64,000 nt of DNA from Camelus dromedarius. Its lineage: Eukaryota. Numbering within the stretch: position 1 is the first letter of the stretch; the number at the start of each line of letters is the position of its first letter. The stretch spans positions 108,130,001-108,194,000 of the forward strand of contig NC_087436.1 of NCBI RefSeq assembly GCF_036321535.1, read 5' to 3'. The notes under the pieces are model-generated. The model had not been told where the DNA came from. It saw only the letters and a list, made by a program, of their open reading frames with translations, and did no database searches. The position numbers were made by a program, and so were the translations under genes. This document shows positions 13,221 through 24,270 of this stretch, in pieces.

Positions 13221-14747
13221 ATTGGTATTCTGAATTTCAATGGTAAACAGGTTAATGTATATATACACAAACACACGCATTACAATATACAAATGCGTGT
13301 GTACTTCCTAAAGAAGTGAATGCATCATGATTTTGTAGACTGTATCTTCCTCTGTGATGCTCTTGAGGTCTATAGCCACACTCACACTTTTCTGTTTGTG
13401 GTTCCCTTTTCCCTCGCAGGCTGATTGAATTATACCGCACATCGTATGCAAAATAAGATGCTAAATCGAAACTCTCTGTGTTGCCCAGCAATGGATGATT
13501 ACTCCACAGTGCTTGACATTGTGCTTAAGCATATCCTTAGGCGTTATTCTCCTTGTTTACTTCCTCTCACCCTGACTCAAGTCACTTGTACAGTGGTTCT
13601 ATATCCAATTATGTGTCATCGAGTGGCAGAAGGAGGGCATTAATATGGATTAGCTATATTCTGCAAGCTCTTTGGTGATCTTTGCCCTTCAGTGCTGAGT
13701 AAACTGATGTGTCCATTAGAAACTTGTGCCTGGCTGCCTTCATCAGAAATCCCACTATTGTAGCTTAACCAAAGAGGCATCTCCTTTTCTCACAATTCAG
13801 GAAGAACAGGAGCACGCTGTCCAGTATTAGTGCAGCAGATTCTCAGGTTCTCAGTGTCCCAGGCTCCTTATGTCCTCCATACTGCCATCCTTAGTTTGTG
13901 TCTTTTCTCTTCTAGCTTATGCCTCAAAGTCACAAAGTAGCTGTTCCACCTCCTACCTCACATCCCCATGCCACACGGGGAAATCCCAGGTACTTACCTC
14001 TACATCTCTGGGACAGAACTATACCACACGGGATGGTGGATCTATGAAGATAGCACATTGTTCCCCCAGACAAAATCCACAGACAAAAGTTCTGTTGGTC
14101 AGCAGCATAAATTGGGCAGCTGGCGGTGTCTGCCGTACTGAAAATTCACACTGCAAAAATGATTCACTGCCAAGGCAGATGTGATATTTAAGGAATTCAT
14201 ATTTCCAAAGTGCCTACTGTGGCCTTAGAGGCATGGAGTAATGAGGAGCACAATTCTCTTTCTGTAAGAAAACTTAACACCCAGAAGATTAGACGGGTGT
14301 GCAAGCAAATAACTACAAAGTGCTGGAGCTTTGAGATATCAGTGGTAGGGCCAAGACGTACCAGCTGAAGTTCTAGATAGCATTAAGAGGAATCTGAACA
14401 ATTAATGGTCGTAATAATGACCGATTTTTTTTTACATGTTAACGAAGCCAGGCATTTAAAATATTTGTGTATATATAATCTCACATACATATATAAATAC
14501 ATGCAAAACATAATAGATAGAAATTATGTATGTATATATACATTTGGATATCTCACATCAACCTGATATGTTCTTATCCTTCTATTTACAGTGAAAGTCA
14601 TGTGTGGCAAATGAAGTTGAATAGCTTTCCCAAGGTCATATAGCTAGTAAGCTAGAGAGCTGGGATTCAAACCCAGGTAGTCTGCAACCGGAGTCCTTTT
14701 AATTTACAATCTATGGTGAGGGCACTGAGGATGCTCCATTTGCCTAT

Positions 14748-14748
<1 letters not shown>

Positions 14749-14791
<43 letters not shown>

Positions 14792-14793
14792 AT
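14749..14793 (+). repeat. (TTG)n microsatellite
   Basis: Direct read. Confidence 0.95.
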
Positions 14794-15225
14794 TGCTGTG
14801 CTTTGTTTTGGTTTTGCAAGAAAAAAGATCCAAAATTCCTTTAGATACTGCTGATGGTGTTGAACCTCGGACTCATTCAGCATTCATACGTTGGCCATAC
14901 CCATGATTGTCAGGCTTTAGGTTGTTCACCCAGTTGCACAGATGGACACATACTGGAATCTTTTCATTTAGGGAATGTTAAATTACAAATATTAACATTT
15001 CTCTGTAATGAGATTGAACACTTTTTTTTAACCATGTCATTCCTTGGTCAAAATATCTTGTTTTAACCCTGACTTTTAGCTCAGATCCTGTCTTCAGTCA
15101 TGTGAATATTCATATTTCCAGAGATTCTCTCTCCCTGCCTTTTCTGGACAGCCCTCCTGGAGATAACAGCTTACTTGCCTTGGCTCATGCCTTAGTTTCT
15201 TGATGCTCCCTTCAATGCCTTACGA

Positions 15226-15833
15226 AGTAGACATAATTCTAAGATGACCTCCCCAAAGACCCACACCCTCATATAATATCCTCCCCTTGATTGTGAGAGC
15301 AACCTGTGCTCAAGATATGGTATCACAATATCAGTCTCATAATTAGGTTTTGTTATTTGGCACAGTTACCTTTAAGAAAAATTAGGTTTGGTGGACTTGA
15401 CCTAATTGAGCTAACCTTTAAAGATCAAAGCTCTTTCTGGCCACAGAGATTCAAATGTGAGAGCAAATCAACAGAAGGGAGATTCTTCATTGCTGGCTTT
15501 AAAGATGGACGGGGCACATGGCAAGGAACCATGGATGGCTTCACGTTGCTGAGAGTGGCCCCATGCTGACAGCCAGCAATGAAATAGAGACCTCAGTATG
15601 CAAGGAATCCAGTTCTGCTACAACTGCCTGAGCTTACATAAGGACCCCAGCCTACAGATGGGAAGACAGTCTGGCTGACACTATGATTTTGGCCCTGTGA
15701 GACGATCAGCAGAGAACTCAGTTATTCTGTGCCTGGACCCCTGACCCACGAAGATGGAGAGATAACAAATTCATGTTTTTTTAAGCTACTAAGGTTTACA
15801 TAATTTGTTACGCAGCAAAAGGTAGCTAGTACA
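15226..15833 (+). mobile_element. MaLR solo LTR (older MLT1 subfamily)
   Basis: AATTCTAAGATGACCTCCCC...GCTGACAGCCAGCAA...TTTAAGCTACTAAG...GCTAGTACA. Confidence 0.8.
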
Positions 15834-15840
15834 CCCTGAC

Positions 15841-15993
15841 CTTGGTTTCAGATGTTTAACTCTTCTGCCCTGACTGCAGCTGTGCACAAGTAGAGTAACT
15901 CGCCCAGGTCGTTCATACTAGACACATTACCATCAATGTGAGAAATAAGGGCCCAAATGGTAAATATTTTTATTTTTGTTATCCTACTGTGTA
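15841..15993 (-). pseudogene. Pseudo-exon, 153 nt, phase 1->1: IHSRITKIKIFTIWALISHIDGNVSSMNDLGELLYLCTAAVRAEELNI*NQ
   Basis: ATCTTTCTAG acceptor, AAG|GTCAGG donor; one TGA (15848-15850). Confidence 0.6.
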
Positions 15994-16506
15994 CTAGAAA
16001 GATTTTATCAGTGTTTTCCCATATCACATACCTTTTAAAACCCCCTACTATGACTACCAAAAGATAAAAACTAAACACCATATGATACACTGATTAAAAG
16101 TCACAGTTCAGTGGAGCAATGACAAAGTCAAAGGTGAAGGAAAATTTTTTAAATGCAAAATTGGTTAGACCATGCGCTGAGGGTGTTCTACACAGTGAGC
16201 AACACAAACTGATGCTCTTTTTCTTGCTGGGTGAAGTACAGACCCGGGGAGTGGGTTAGGACAGAAAATGCTTTTTCTGTTGGTTTCTGCTGCAAGTCCA
16301 GTACTCTAGCAATCTATTTTAGTCTTCATTAACATACGAAGATTGAGTTCAGGGTTAAAACATGGTAGGCATCATTTGTCTGGAACACACAATGGTTCTG
16401 TATGGGGATGGAAAGGCTAAAGACTTGTGGTTGTGTGCATTTTTGGTAACTGTTTGCAAACTTGGAATAAGGCACCTGCCTGCAATAAAATATGACCCTC
16501 ACTCAC

Positions 16507-16559
16507 TCTTGTAAATTGCTTTTGCCCATTCACATTTAGAGGTCATTAATCTTGTTTCC
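16507..16559 (-). pseudogene. Pseudo-exon, 53 nt, phase 2->1: (W)ETRLMTSKCEWAKAIYK (open)
   Basis: CCATCCATACAG acceptor, AGA|GTGAGT donor; bridges the phases of both flanking exons. Confidence 0.65.
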
Positions 16560-17728
16560 CTGTATGGATGGACATTCAGCACATTTTCCACAATTGATTC
16601 AGCTCTATAGTTCAGAGTGGTATAAAAAATTCACAAAGTGCAGTTGGAGAAAAATGTCACAAGGGTACAAATAAGAAGGGCTATTCTTTATCTTACTTAC
16701 AGAAAAACATAGGCATTTGCAAAAGGTGCTGTGAAAAGGATCAAAGGAACAAGACATAAATAGCCAATGGGTGATCAGAAATTCTTAGCCTTGAAGGGAC
16801 TTGTTAAGGCCTACACAGCATAGGAACTCCTTTTTACCCTAAAATTAAGGAAACAGTCCTATAGAATATGCTTGAAAACATCCTGAATGTGGGGGAACTG
16901 ATGAGCTTATAGGACATCCCATTCTTTCCATGGTTTCTTTATCACAGAGAGAGATGCTAACTTTGAACATACTTACATTGTAGTTGTCATACTTTGTTAT
17001 ATTTCTTTCTGATTTTTATCTCTTTCTTGAATCTTCACTAAATAGCATTATATGTTGAATGTTTGTAGGCACTTAGCGTATTTTTATTGAATGTCAGTTT
17101 CAATGAAGTCATGGCTCCGTTGATGAGAATTCTAGGTACGGACTCCTTATCACTCACATGACTGTGAGAATGATGATAAGAAGTTAGTTCTGTGTGCATG
17201 GCTCAGGTACTAATATTCTTTGCATGATCCTTCCTTTCTGATGCTTTTCCTCCAAGTCATTCCAATACAGTTTGACGATTATTTCTCCAATATACCTGAC
17301 TGCCAATCAGAAATAAATGTGAGTTATGATATCTGATCACTTAGAAGCAAAAAGTGTTTCACCCTTAAATCTAAGCCATAAAGCCAGAGGGACTTAACCT
17401 CCTGCTCTTCTTTATTGTCCATCTACATTGATTGAGAATGTTAAGCCATTACTGAGTCAATATTGAACAAAAGCTAGAGTATATTAATTACAACTAAAGT
17501 AGCATTTCATAAAGTGTTTAATCAGGAGGAAGGAAATACATGTCATTGAGCAAACGCAAGGGAATCTGAAATCACATCATAATCAAATGAGTAAATATTT
17601 GACTTTCTGTGACATCCAGGGCCTGTCTTTGCTGACGTACATGGAAAATAAATGTGATAAATACGCAGAATCCCCTCCTCTAGGCGGCCTTAGTTTGCTG
17701 CTGCAGAGTTAGGACAGTTCATGATTAC

Positions 17729-17870
17729 CATGATTTTCTCTTGAAATGGTCTATGTGTAAACTGAAATGTTGGCAAATGATTTTCAGCCAGTTTTTATTT
17801 TCTGTTGAATCTGTCTCTAATCGCTGAAATTGACATGAACGATAAGCTTGACACATTTGTATTTCAGAAC
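17729..17870 (-). pseudogene. Pseudo-exon, 142 nt, phase 1->2: GSEIQMCQAYRSCQFQRLETDSTENKNWLKIICQHFSLHIDHFKRKS (open)
   Basis: CTCCATATTTCCAG acceptor, ATG|GTAATC donor; coincides with ORF-track 17725..17907. Confidence 0.65.
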
Positions 17871-19471
17871 CTGGAAATATGGAGGTGTGCCTGGTAGCCC
17901 CTTCCACTTCAGGTAGGGTGTAACCATGTCTGTAAACAGCATCTCCCCTATGATTTACAAAGTAGAAAACTTGCTAAACACTTTCTAAAGCACCTCACAT
18001 AGCCTCAGAATCTGTAGCATGTTCAATACAAGTTCTAACCACCTCTCTACATGTTTACATTCTCATTTTGGATAATAAATTAGGACGTGAGGTGCATACA
18101 AAAACTGTGGCATTGCAGCCTAATGGAATGGCTTGAAGAATTAATCATTTGGAATATATTTTTATATAGTAGTCTTCAATTTTCAGGGATTTTTCAAGGA
18201 TGGGGGATAAGGAGTTCAATGTATTCAGCTGTTGTTTGAAAGTAGTTATTGGTGTGGCAGGATATCAGCCGAGGGAGAGGCCTGAGGAACAGAGATGACA
18301 CTTTTCTGTTAGCCCGGGTATGGCTGAGTGGGGTACACAACTGAGGGCCAGCGCGCAAATGCTGAGAACAATAGAGAGCTTTTTAGTCTATGTGCAGGGG
18401 AAGATGGGGACTAACAGGGAGACGAAGGACCAACAGGAAGATGGGGACACTGATCACTAGAACTGAGATCTTAAAGAGGAATTTGACTAATTGTTCTTTT
18501 CTGTGGTATGTAATGTCGAATTAATTTTCTTCATAAGTTTTTCAGTTAACTGTCCACTTCATGATAGTAATTTGTAAGACTAATCTTTTTGAGGAAATAG
18601 ACTGAAATGAGGATTATGGTCTCAGGTAGGTACAGAGTAAAGGTCTATGGGAAGTGCCCACCCTTACTTACCCCACCACCCCACCCAAATCAGGCTCACG
18701 TGTGGGCCTCATATTTGGAGAAGGATAGGAAAAACATATGGAAATTTAAAAAAAAATAGTTATGAACATTTTATTCTTATGGGAAAAAATTATGGGAAGC
18801 TGTTTTCCTGGAGAATTCTGGAAACATTTGCATGTGTTAGTATTCTTCAAAGAGAAGTATGTGTGTATGTGTGTATTGTGCTTTCCAGGAGATTAGTAAA
18901 TATGGTATGATCGTTAAAACTAGGATATGATTAAGGTATAAACTAATTCTAATAGCACCTTAGAAATAAATTGAAAGAGTTAATATTAGATGTATATTTT
19001 TAAAAAGCAAAATTTAATTTATGTTTTAGAATATACTGTACATTTCTGGAGCATCTGTAAATCACTCTTCTTTTCATTTTTTTTGTTTTATTTTCCTCAA
19101 AACTTGTTAGTACTTTTGACTCTAAACAAAGAAGAGTGGGAAGAAGAAGTTGGGGGGAAAATAAAATTGCAAATTTAACCTTGACCATCTCATGTGAGGT
19201 TGTGCCTTTTGAAGAATGTTTCCCAAATTTGCTGATTAGTGAGAGAATAAAATTGTTTACGTTTAATGAAATGGGTTATAGAATGATGATTGATTTATCA
19301 CAATTATAATCAGTGGCTTGTGGTAGGTAACCTTGTGGTAGTGGTGGAGGGAGTACCATACAAAAAGAGAGCGAGTGGGGCCGCGTGTGGACATTGGAGA
19401 TTATGTCCCATATCCTATCACCACGTCCTCTGCTCTTGCATTTACTGTGTTGCTAGGACAGGGCTGCATAC

Positions 19472-19487
19472 CTGGGTTCTTCAACGG
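19472..19487 (-). pseudogene. Putative 16-nt microexon, phase 0->1 (PLKNP)
   Basis: TACTAAC branch point (19510-19504), TTTTCAATTTAATAG acceptor, CAG|GTATGC donor. Confidence 0.5.
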
Positions 19488-20252
19488 CTATTAAATTGAA
19501 AATGTTAGTACAAAAACATTTAAGAACTATTTTATTAAAGTAGTGTCAGAAGAAAAAAGAACATCTAATTGGAAATCTAAAGTTCTGTTTGTGGATTATT
19601 CCTGCAGTATTCAACGTAGGGATTCAATACCTCTACTGTAATAATGCTACAGATCTACTAAGTGTTTCTTCTTCCTTCTTACTTATGCCAAGCAGCGCAG
19701 CAACATCCACTCATTAATGAGATGGACAGGACTTTAGAAGAGATGGACTTAGCTGGAGTAGGAGGGCACGTTTAATAAGAGAGCAGGGAAGAAATGTGAT
19801 TGGGTAGGATGCTATTCTGGGCAGTTGGAACTGGATTAGCAGCTCATCAGACTGGAGTTCAGTTCAGTATGGGTAGTATTTTAGAGTCTACTGTGTCTTT
19901 GGAGTCTATTATGCACAAGTCCCATTAGGGGATTACAACGTGGTCTTTACTCTGTAATAGATTACCACCTTGATGGAGAAATCAAGGAAAACAGTAGATT
20001 AGGGTGACAAAGCACATGAAATGCACACTGCTTACTAGAATTCAAACAAGGTTATTTTATAAGGCTACAAGAATGAGAAAAGGCTTCATGGAGTGAAGTG
20101 AGATATGGCAAATTCTTAGAGATTGAATGATGTTGCAACAGATAGTGATTAAGAAAGGGCATTTGAAGTAATGTGGACATGGACTGCAAAGCCACAGAAG
20201 AAGGGTTTTCATGCAAAATGTGTGACCAAATTATCTGAATTAATCCTCTAAC

Positions 20253-20680
20253 CGTGGAGTCTTCTGTTCTTAGCACTCAGTGGCAAAGTAATTCGTAGCT
20301 GTGATCTTTACTACCCATGGCAGGAGGAGGCAGTCTCTGTTTTTGAAGAAGGCATGTTGGCGCACATAAGTCCCAACTGAACGGATCATCCCAGGCAGAA
20401 GTGAAATTGTAACGGACAGGCTTGGGCGTTTGTTCTGGAGTTGAGAACAGCATGGGGTAAAAGGGCAGATTTAAGTTCTCAGACTGGAATCTGTCTCACA
20501 GAAGAGCACAGCCAGAATAGGTCTGCTGATCCCAACCTGGGAGCTGTTGGGCTCTGTTTTGATTCCAGCTAGCCTTCCTGTGGACACAACAGCATTTCAG
20601 GGGTTTTGTAACAAGAACAAAGTGCACTAGTATCCTCAGAACTCCATTTTTTTTTTTTCAGGTGGTTGTTTGTTTTTTGC
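20253..20680 (-). pseudogene. Pseudo-exon, 428 nt, ...SWNQNRAQQLPGWDQQTYSGCALL*DRFQSENLNLPFYPMLFSTPEQ...YELLCH*VLRTEDST; probable frameshift in 5' part
   Basis: CTATTCTAAAG acceptor, ACG|GTTAGA donor; about 130 codons downstream of the A12 run contain only two stops (TGA 20496-20498, 20277-20279). Confidence 0.55.
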
Positions 20681-21236
20681 CTTTAGAATAGCAGGTAGTG
20701 TTGTATGCTGGTAAAAATCATAGGTTTTGGTACCAGGCTGTTCTGGGTATGAGTTTGGCCTCGACTTTTCAGAATCCATATGACTTTGGCAAGGTACTAA
20801 GTGAATTTGATGGCCAAAATTTCATGACTTAAATGAGGATAATATGGTGTATGCCTAATTAGGAAACTTTATTAACAAGCTAATACAATGGTTAAAGCCA
20901 CAGGATTGAGAACTAGTCTCTGGTTTGAATTTCAGTTCTACTGCTTAATAAGTGTGTGTGACTTAGGCAGTTTATTTAACCTCTTTGTCTCTTTATCTCC
21001 AAGATGGGGGCAATAATGCTACAACCTCATACGGCTATCTTGAAGATTAAATTTATTGGTATTTTTAATATACTTAGAAAACTGCCTGGCTTATTGTAAA
21101 TATCATATGCATGCTTATCATGCAAAAGATTATTTAATAATTATTAATTATTATGACTTTAAGGATTGTTTTTGGTGGTTAAATAAGGTAATATTAATAT
21201 AATGTCTGGCATATAGTAACATTCAATGAAAATTAC

Positions 21237-21386
21237 CTCTGATACTCCAGGAAAACTTTAATATTTAACTCAAATATTCTCTGAGTCCACGGCCTCAGGA
21301 AGCTATTAGTAAATAATTACAAATTGAGGTACTTAGCAAAATGAATTGTCTCAACCAATTTATATCTGGTCATTGTATTCTTATTC
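21237..21386 (-). pseudogene. Pseudo-exon, 150 nt, phase 2->2: NKNTMTRYKLVETIHFAKYLNL*LFTNSFLRPWTQRIFELNIKVFLEYQR
   Basis: ATTCTACTAG acceptor, GAG|GTAATT donor; single TAA 21317-21319. Confidence 0.55.
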
Positions 21387-21581
21387 CTAGTAGAATCTTT
21401 AGATGTTTAAGGAAAATATAATGAATCGCAGAGAGTTCAGAAATCAAAAAAAAATTTCACAAACTGCAGATTATCATTCCATTTTAAAAACCAAAAAATA
21501 AAAACAAAACAAAACAAAACAAAACCAAAAGAACAACACCCTAACACCCAGATAGATTATTAAATCTACTAAAACAACCCT

Positions 21582-21960
21582 GGTGGGCTCTGCTTAAGCG
21601 TTCAGTCTCTATTAAGGCCCAGTAATAAGCCAAAGGCTGTTTATCCAAAGAAGAGGCATTATCTGTGGAGGAGAGCTGACTCTGCTCCAAAATCCTAAGG
21701 GCCTGTGCTACAGCTCACCTATAGGTCCTGCCAAAAGCTCCAGGCAGCATCCCTGTCTGCAGTGACACTTTATGCACCACTGAATCTGCTGGGTCATATA
21801 GCCCTAGTGGCAGAGCAGCTTATGCGTATGCCTGGACCTATTGTAAAACCTTCTCTTGCTCTGGGCCCCAGTCAGAACTAGCAGGTCGTTCAGTAAATGA
21901 GCCAGAGTAACACACACAAAGCAGGACTACGCTACCTCCATAATGCAAAAAGGCTCCCTA
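21582..21960 (-). mobile_element. ERV-L internal fragment, pol (RT/RNase H region)
   Basis: Minus strand TGGGGCCCAGAGCAAGAGAAGG...TATGACCCAGCAGAT...TACTGGGCCTTAATAGAGACTGAACGCTTA resembles ERV-L pol. Confidence 0.75.
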
Positions 21961-21969
21961 GGCAGAGAT

Positions 21970-23012
21970 TCTAAATTTAGTGTTGCAGTTCAGGGAATTA
22001 GAAAGAGCTCTGTTTGGTTGGGTGATTAAAACATGGATCAAAAAGTGGCCACAATGAATTAACTTAAAATGCTGGGCCTGCTCTGATATATTATGGAGGA
22101 GGGGATTCAAAGGTTCAGGAAGGTAGAAATGTTAAAGTGGATTTATAAGCGAGGTCTGTGCACGCATCCCAGGAGGGTGCAGAGGACACAGCTTTCACCA
22201 TGCCTGTGAGAATTAATTTGTGAGGGGAGCACCAACAGCCTTGTAGAGCTCTCTGACCACTTTTCTCTGTGGGATAGAAAACAACGGGAACTTCTGCCAC
22301 TGAATTGGGAAACCACAATCCAGCGGGTGTAACTGGATCCCAGAGTGATAGAGGCAAATGGTAGCACTCAGTGGCCCAAGGCAGGGTATGGGTAGCGTAA
22401 TGGCAATTGGAGTCAAAGCAGCAATCGGCATAGTCAGACTCACACAGATCCATACGGCATTGGCTAATTGATCTCGGTGTTCGTACAAGTTAGAAGGTGG
22501 GAAGCCTACTAAATTCTTACTTGATCTCTATACGTGGAAGAGTTCTAGGACAAGTGAACAAGAGTCTAACCTGAACCATAACAGAGTCATGGCCCCTCCA
22601 TCAACTCCCAGACTTGAGCCAGTTTACAGACTCAGAACCCCTTGAATGAAGGGGAGACTGGGTCCTCTTGAGAAAGCACTCAGGGGTGCTACCCAAAATG
22701 TAAGCTGTTGATCTTTCTCCCATCCTTTCCCATAGTGGCCTGTGGCCTTTTACCAGGGTGACTATGCAGTGGGGAAAGGAAGCAATCTTTCAGGGATTAC
22801 TGGCTGCTGGCTAAGAGCTGAAACTAGTTCTGGGAGACCCAAAATGTCTCTGTGGTCCACCAGTCAGAAGAGGGGCTTGTGATGAATGCAGTTCTCACTG
22901 AGGTCCATCTCACAGTGGGTCCAGTTGGCCCTGGAACCCATCTTGTGCTTATTTCCCCGGGTCCAGAATATATAATTGGCATAGGCATACTCAGCAACTG
23001 GCAAAATCCCCA
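21970..23012 (+). mobile_element. ERV-L internal fragment, gag-protease region
   Basis: CCCAGACTTGAGCCAGTTTACAGACTCAGAACCCCTTGAATGAAGGGGAG and ...ATACTCAGCAACTGGCAAAATCCC, typical of ERV-L gag/pro. Confidence 0.8.
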
Positions 23013-23104
23013 GATTTGAATAAAATGCTCTGTTTAATCCTCAAAGAACCCACAAACTAAGAAATGAGACAGGCATCTTTCCATCTATATATAATAGGAC
23101 ACAC

Positions 23105-24270
23105 AGTGTTTCAAAGTATATTGAATTCTCAAATTTCTTATAAAATTTCCTAAAATTTGGTTATGTTATCTTTGAAACAAGGAATTTTATTTGTGATTTA
23201 TCGATATTCATGTCAGATTGATATTTCATTGTTTGAAGTTCTGCTAGTTTATGAAGGAGAGTTCTAGAGTTTTGAGATACAGTGTAAAAACATTTGATGG
23301 GAAGGTAATTAATTATCTTCAACATTATTTAATGACACAGATTGACTCTTTTCACTGACAATTACATATATTTGTTGATTCTCAATTTCTTAGGAGTTTC
23401 CTGTCCTATTGTTGTGCTTCAGTTTTATCATTGCTGTCTTGCAGCTCTGTAATTAGTTTTGCTGGTAGTTTTCTTCAATTGAACAGTTAAATGTGATTTG
23501 AAGTTAATGTGATTAAGTCTAATGGATTGCATTTCCTGCCGTCTTTGATTGGCAGTGTAGAGAAGTCGGAGCAAATGCAGTTGAAAGAATTCAATCATTT
23601 CATACCCTGGAGAATCTTGAACATCTAAGTCTTCTTATTTCCTCATTTCTTGGCAGTAGTTCCATCAAGCACTTTAAATTCATGTCCAGATTTATATCAT
23701 TTTTAAACCAAATTAATCAGCAAAATAATTTATATTACTGGTCTAACAAGTCCCATATAATTATTTTTCCTTTTCTTAAAGATAATTCTTCACTCACAAT
23801 TAACCAGTACATCAGTGAGTTTAGGTTCTTCTGTTTTTTTTTTTTTTTTAAGGTTATCAGAACACACCTGGAATACCCTATAAGCTCTTGCTTTGCTACA
23901 TTATCAAGTGACTTATTTTTGTTGGGCCAAAAAGAGTTTCCCTGGAGGATCCTTCTTTCAAGACTAGTTAAACTGTCTCTCTGTCTCACGTGTTCACACA
24001 ATCAGACATCCAGGCTAGAGCAGAGAAAATATGTGTAGATGTGTGTCTAGATGGAACGTTTTTATGAAATGTACATCATTCCTTGCAGCAGATTTGTTGG
24101 TCTGTCAAAACCTCAATTACAACAAACTAGAATGGAGTTTCCAAAAAAACAGAGTGCGAAAATTGAAATCTCTGGTGCCCAGGGAATGTCAGTTGTCTGG
24201 AACCATGCTTGTATTTGTAGACGAGGTTGCCAAGATCATGTTGCAGTTTGCCTTGTAGGTTGAGCTTTCA
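23105..24270 (-). pseudogene. Large (~1.17 kb) decayed exon with several stops/frameshifts; contains two F-box-like motifs
   Basis: TTCTTACTACACTAG acceptor and ACT|GTGTGT degenerate donor. Long protein-like frames, e.g. EMIEFFQLHLLRLLYTANQRRQEMQ and IMLKIINYLPIKCFYTVSQNSRTLLHKLAELQ...; the last frame ends in phase 2, matching the next exon. Confidence 0.5.
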
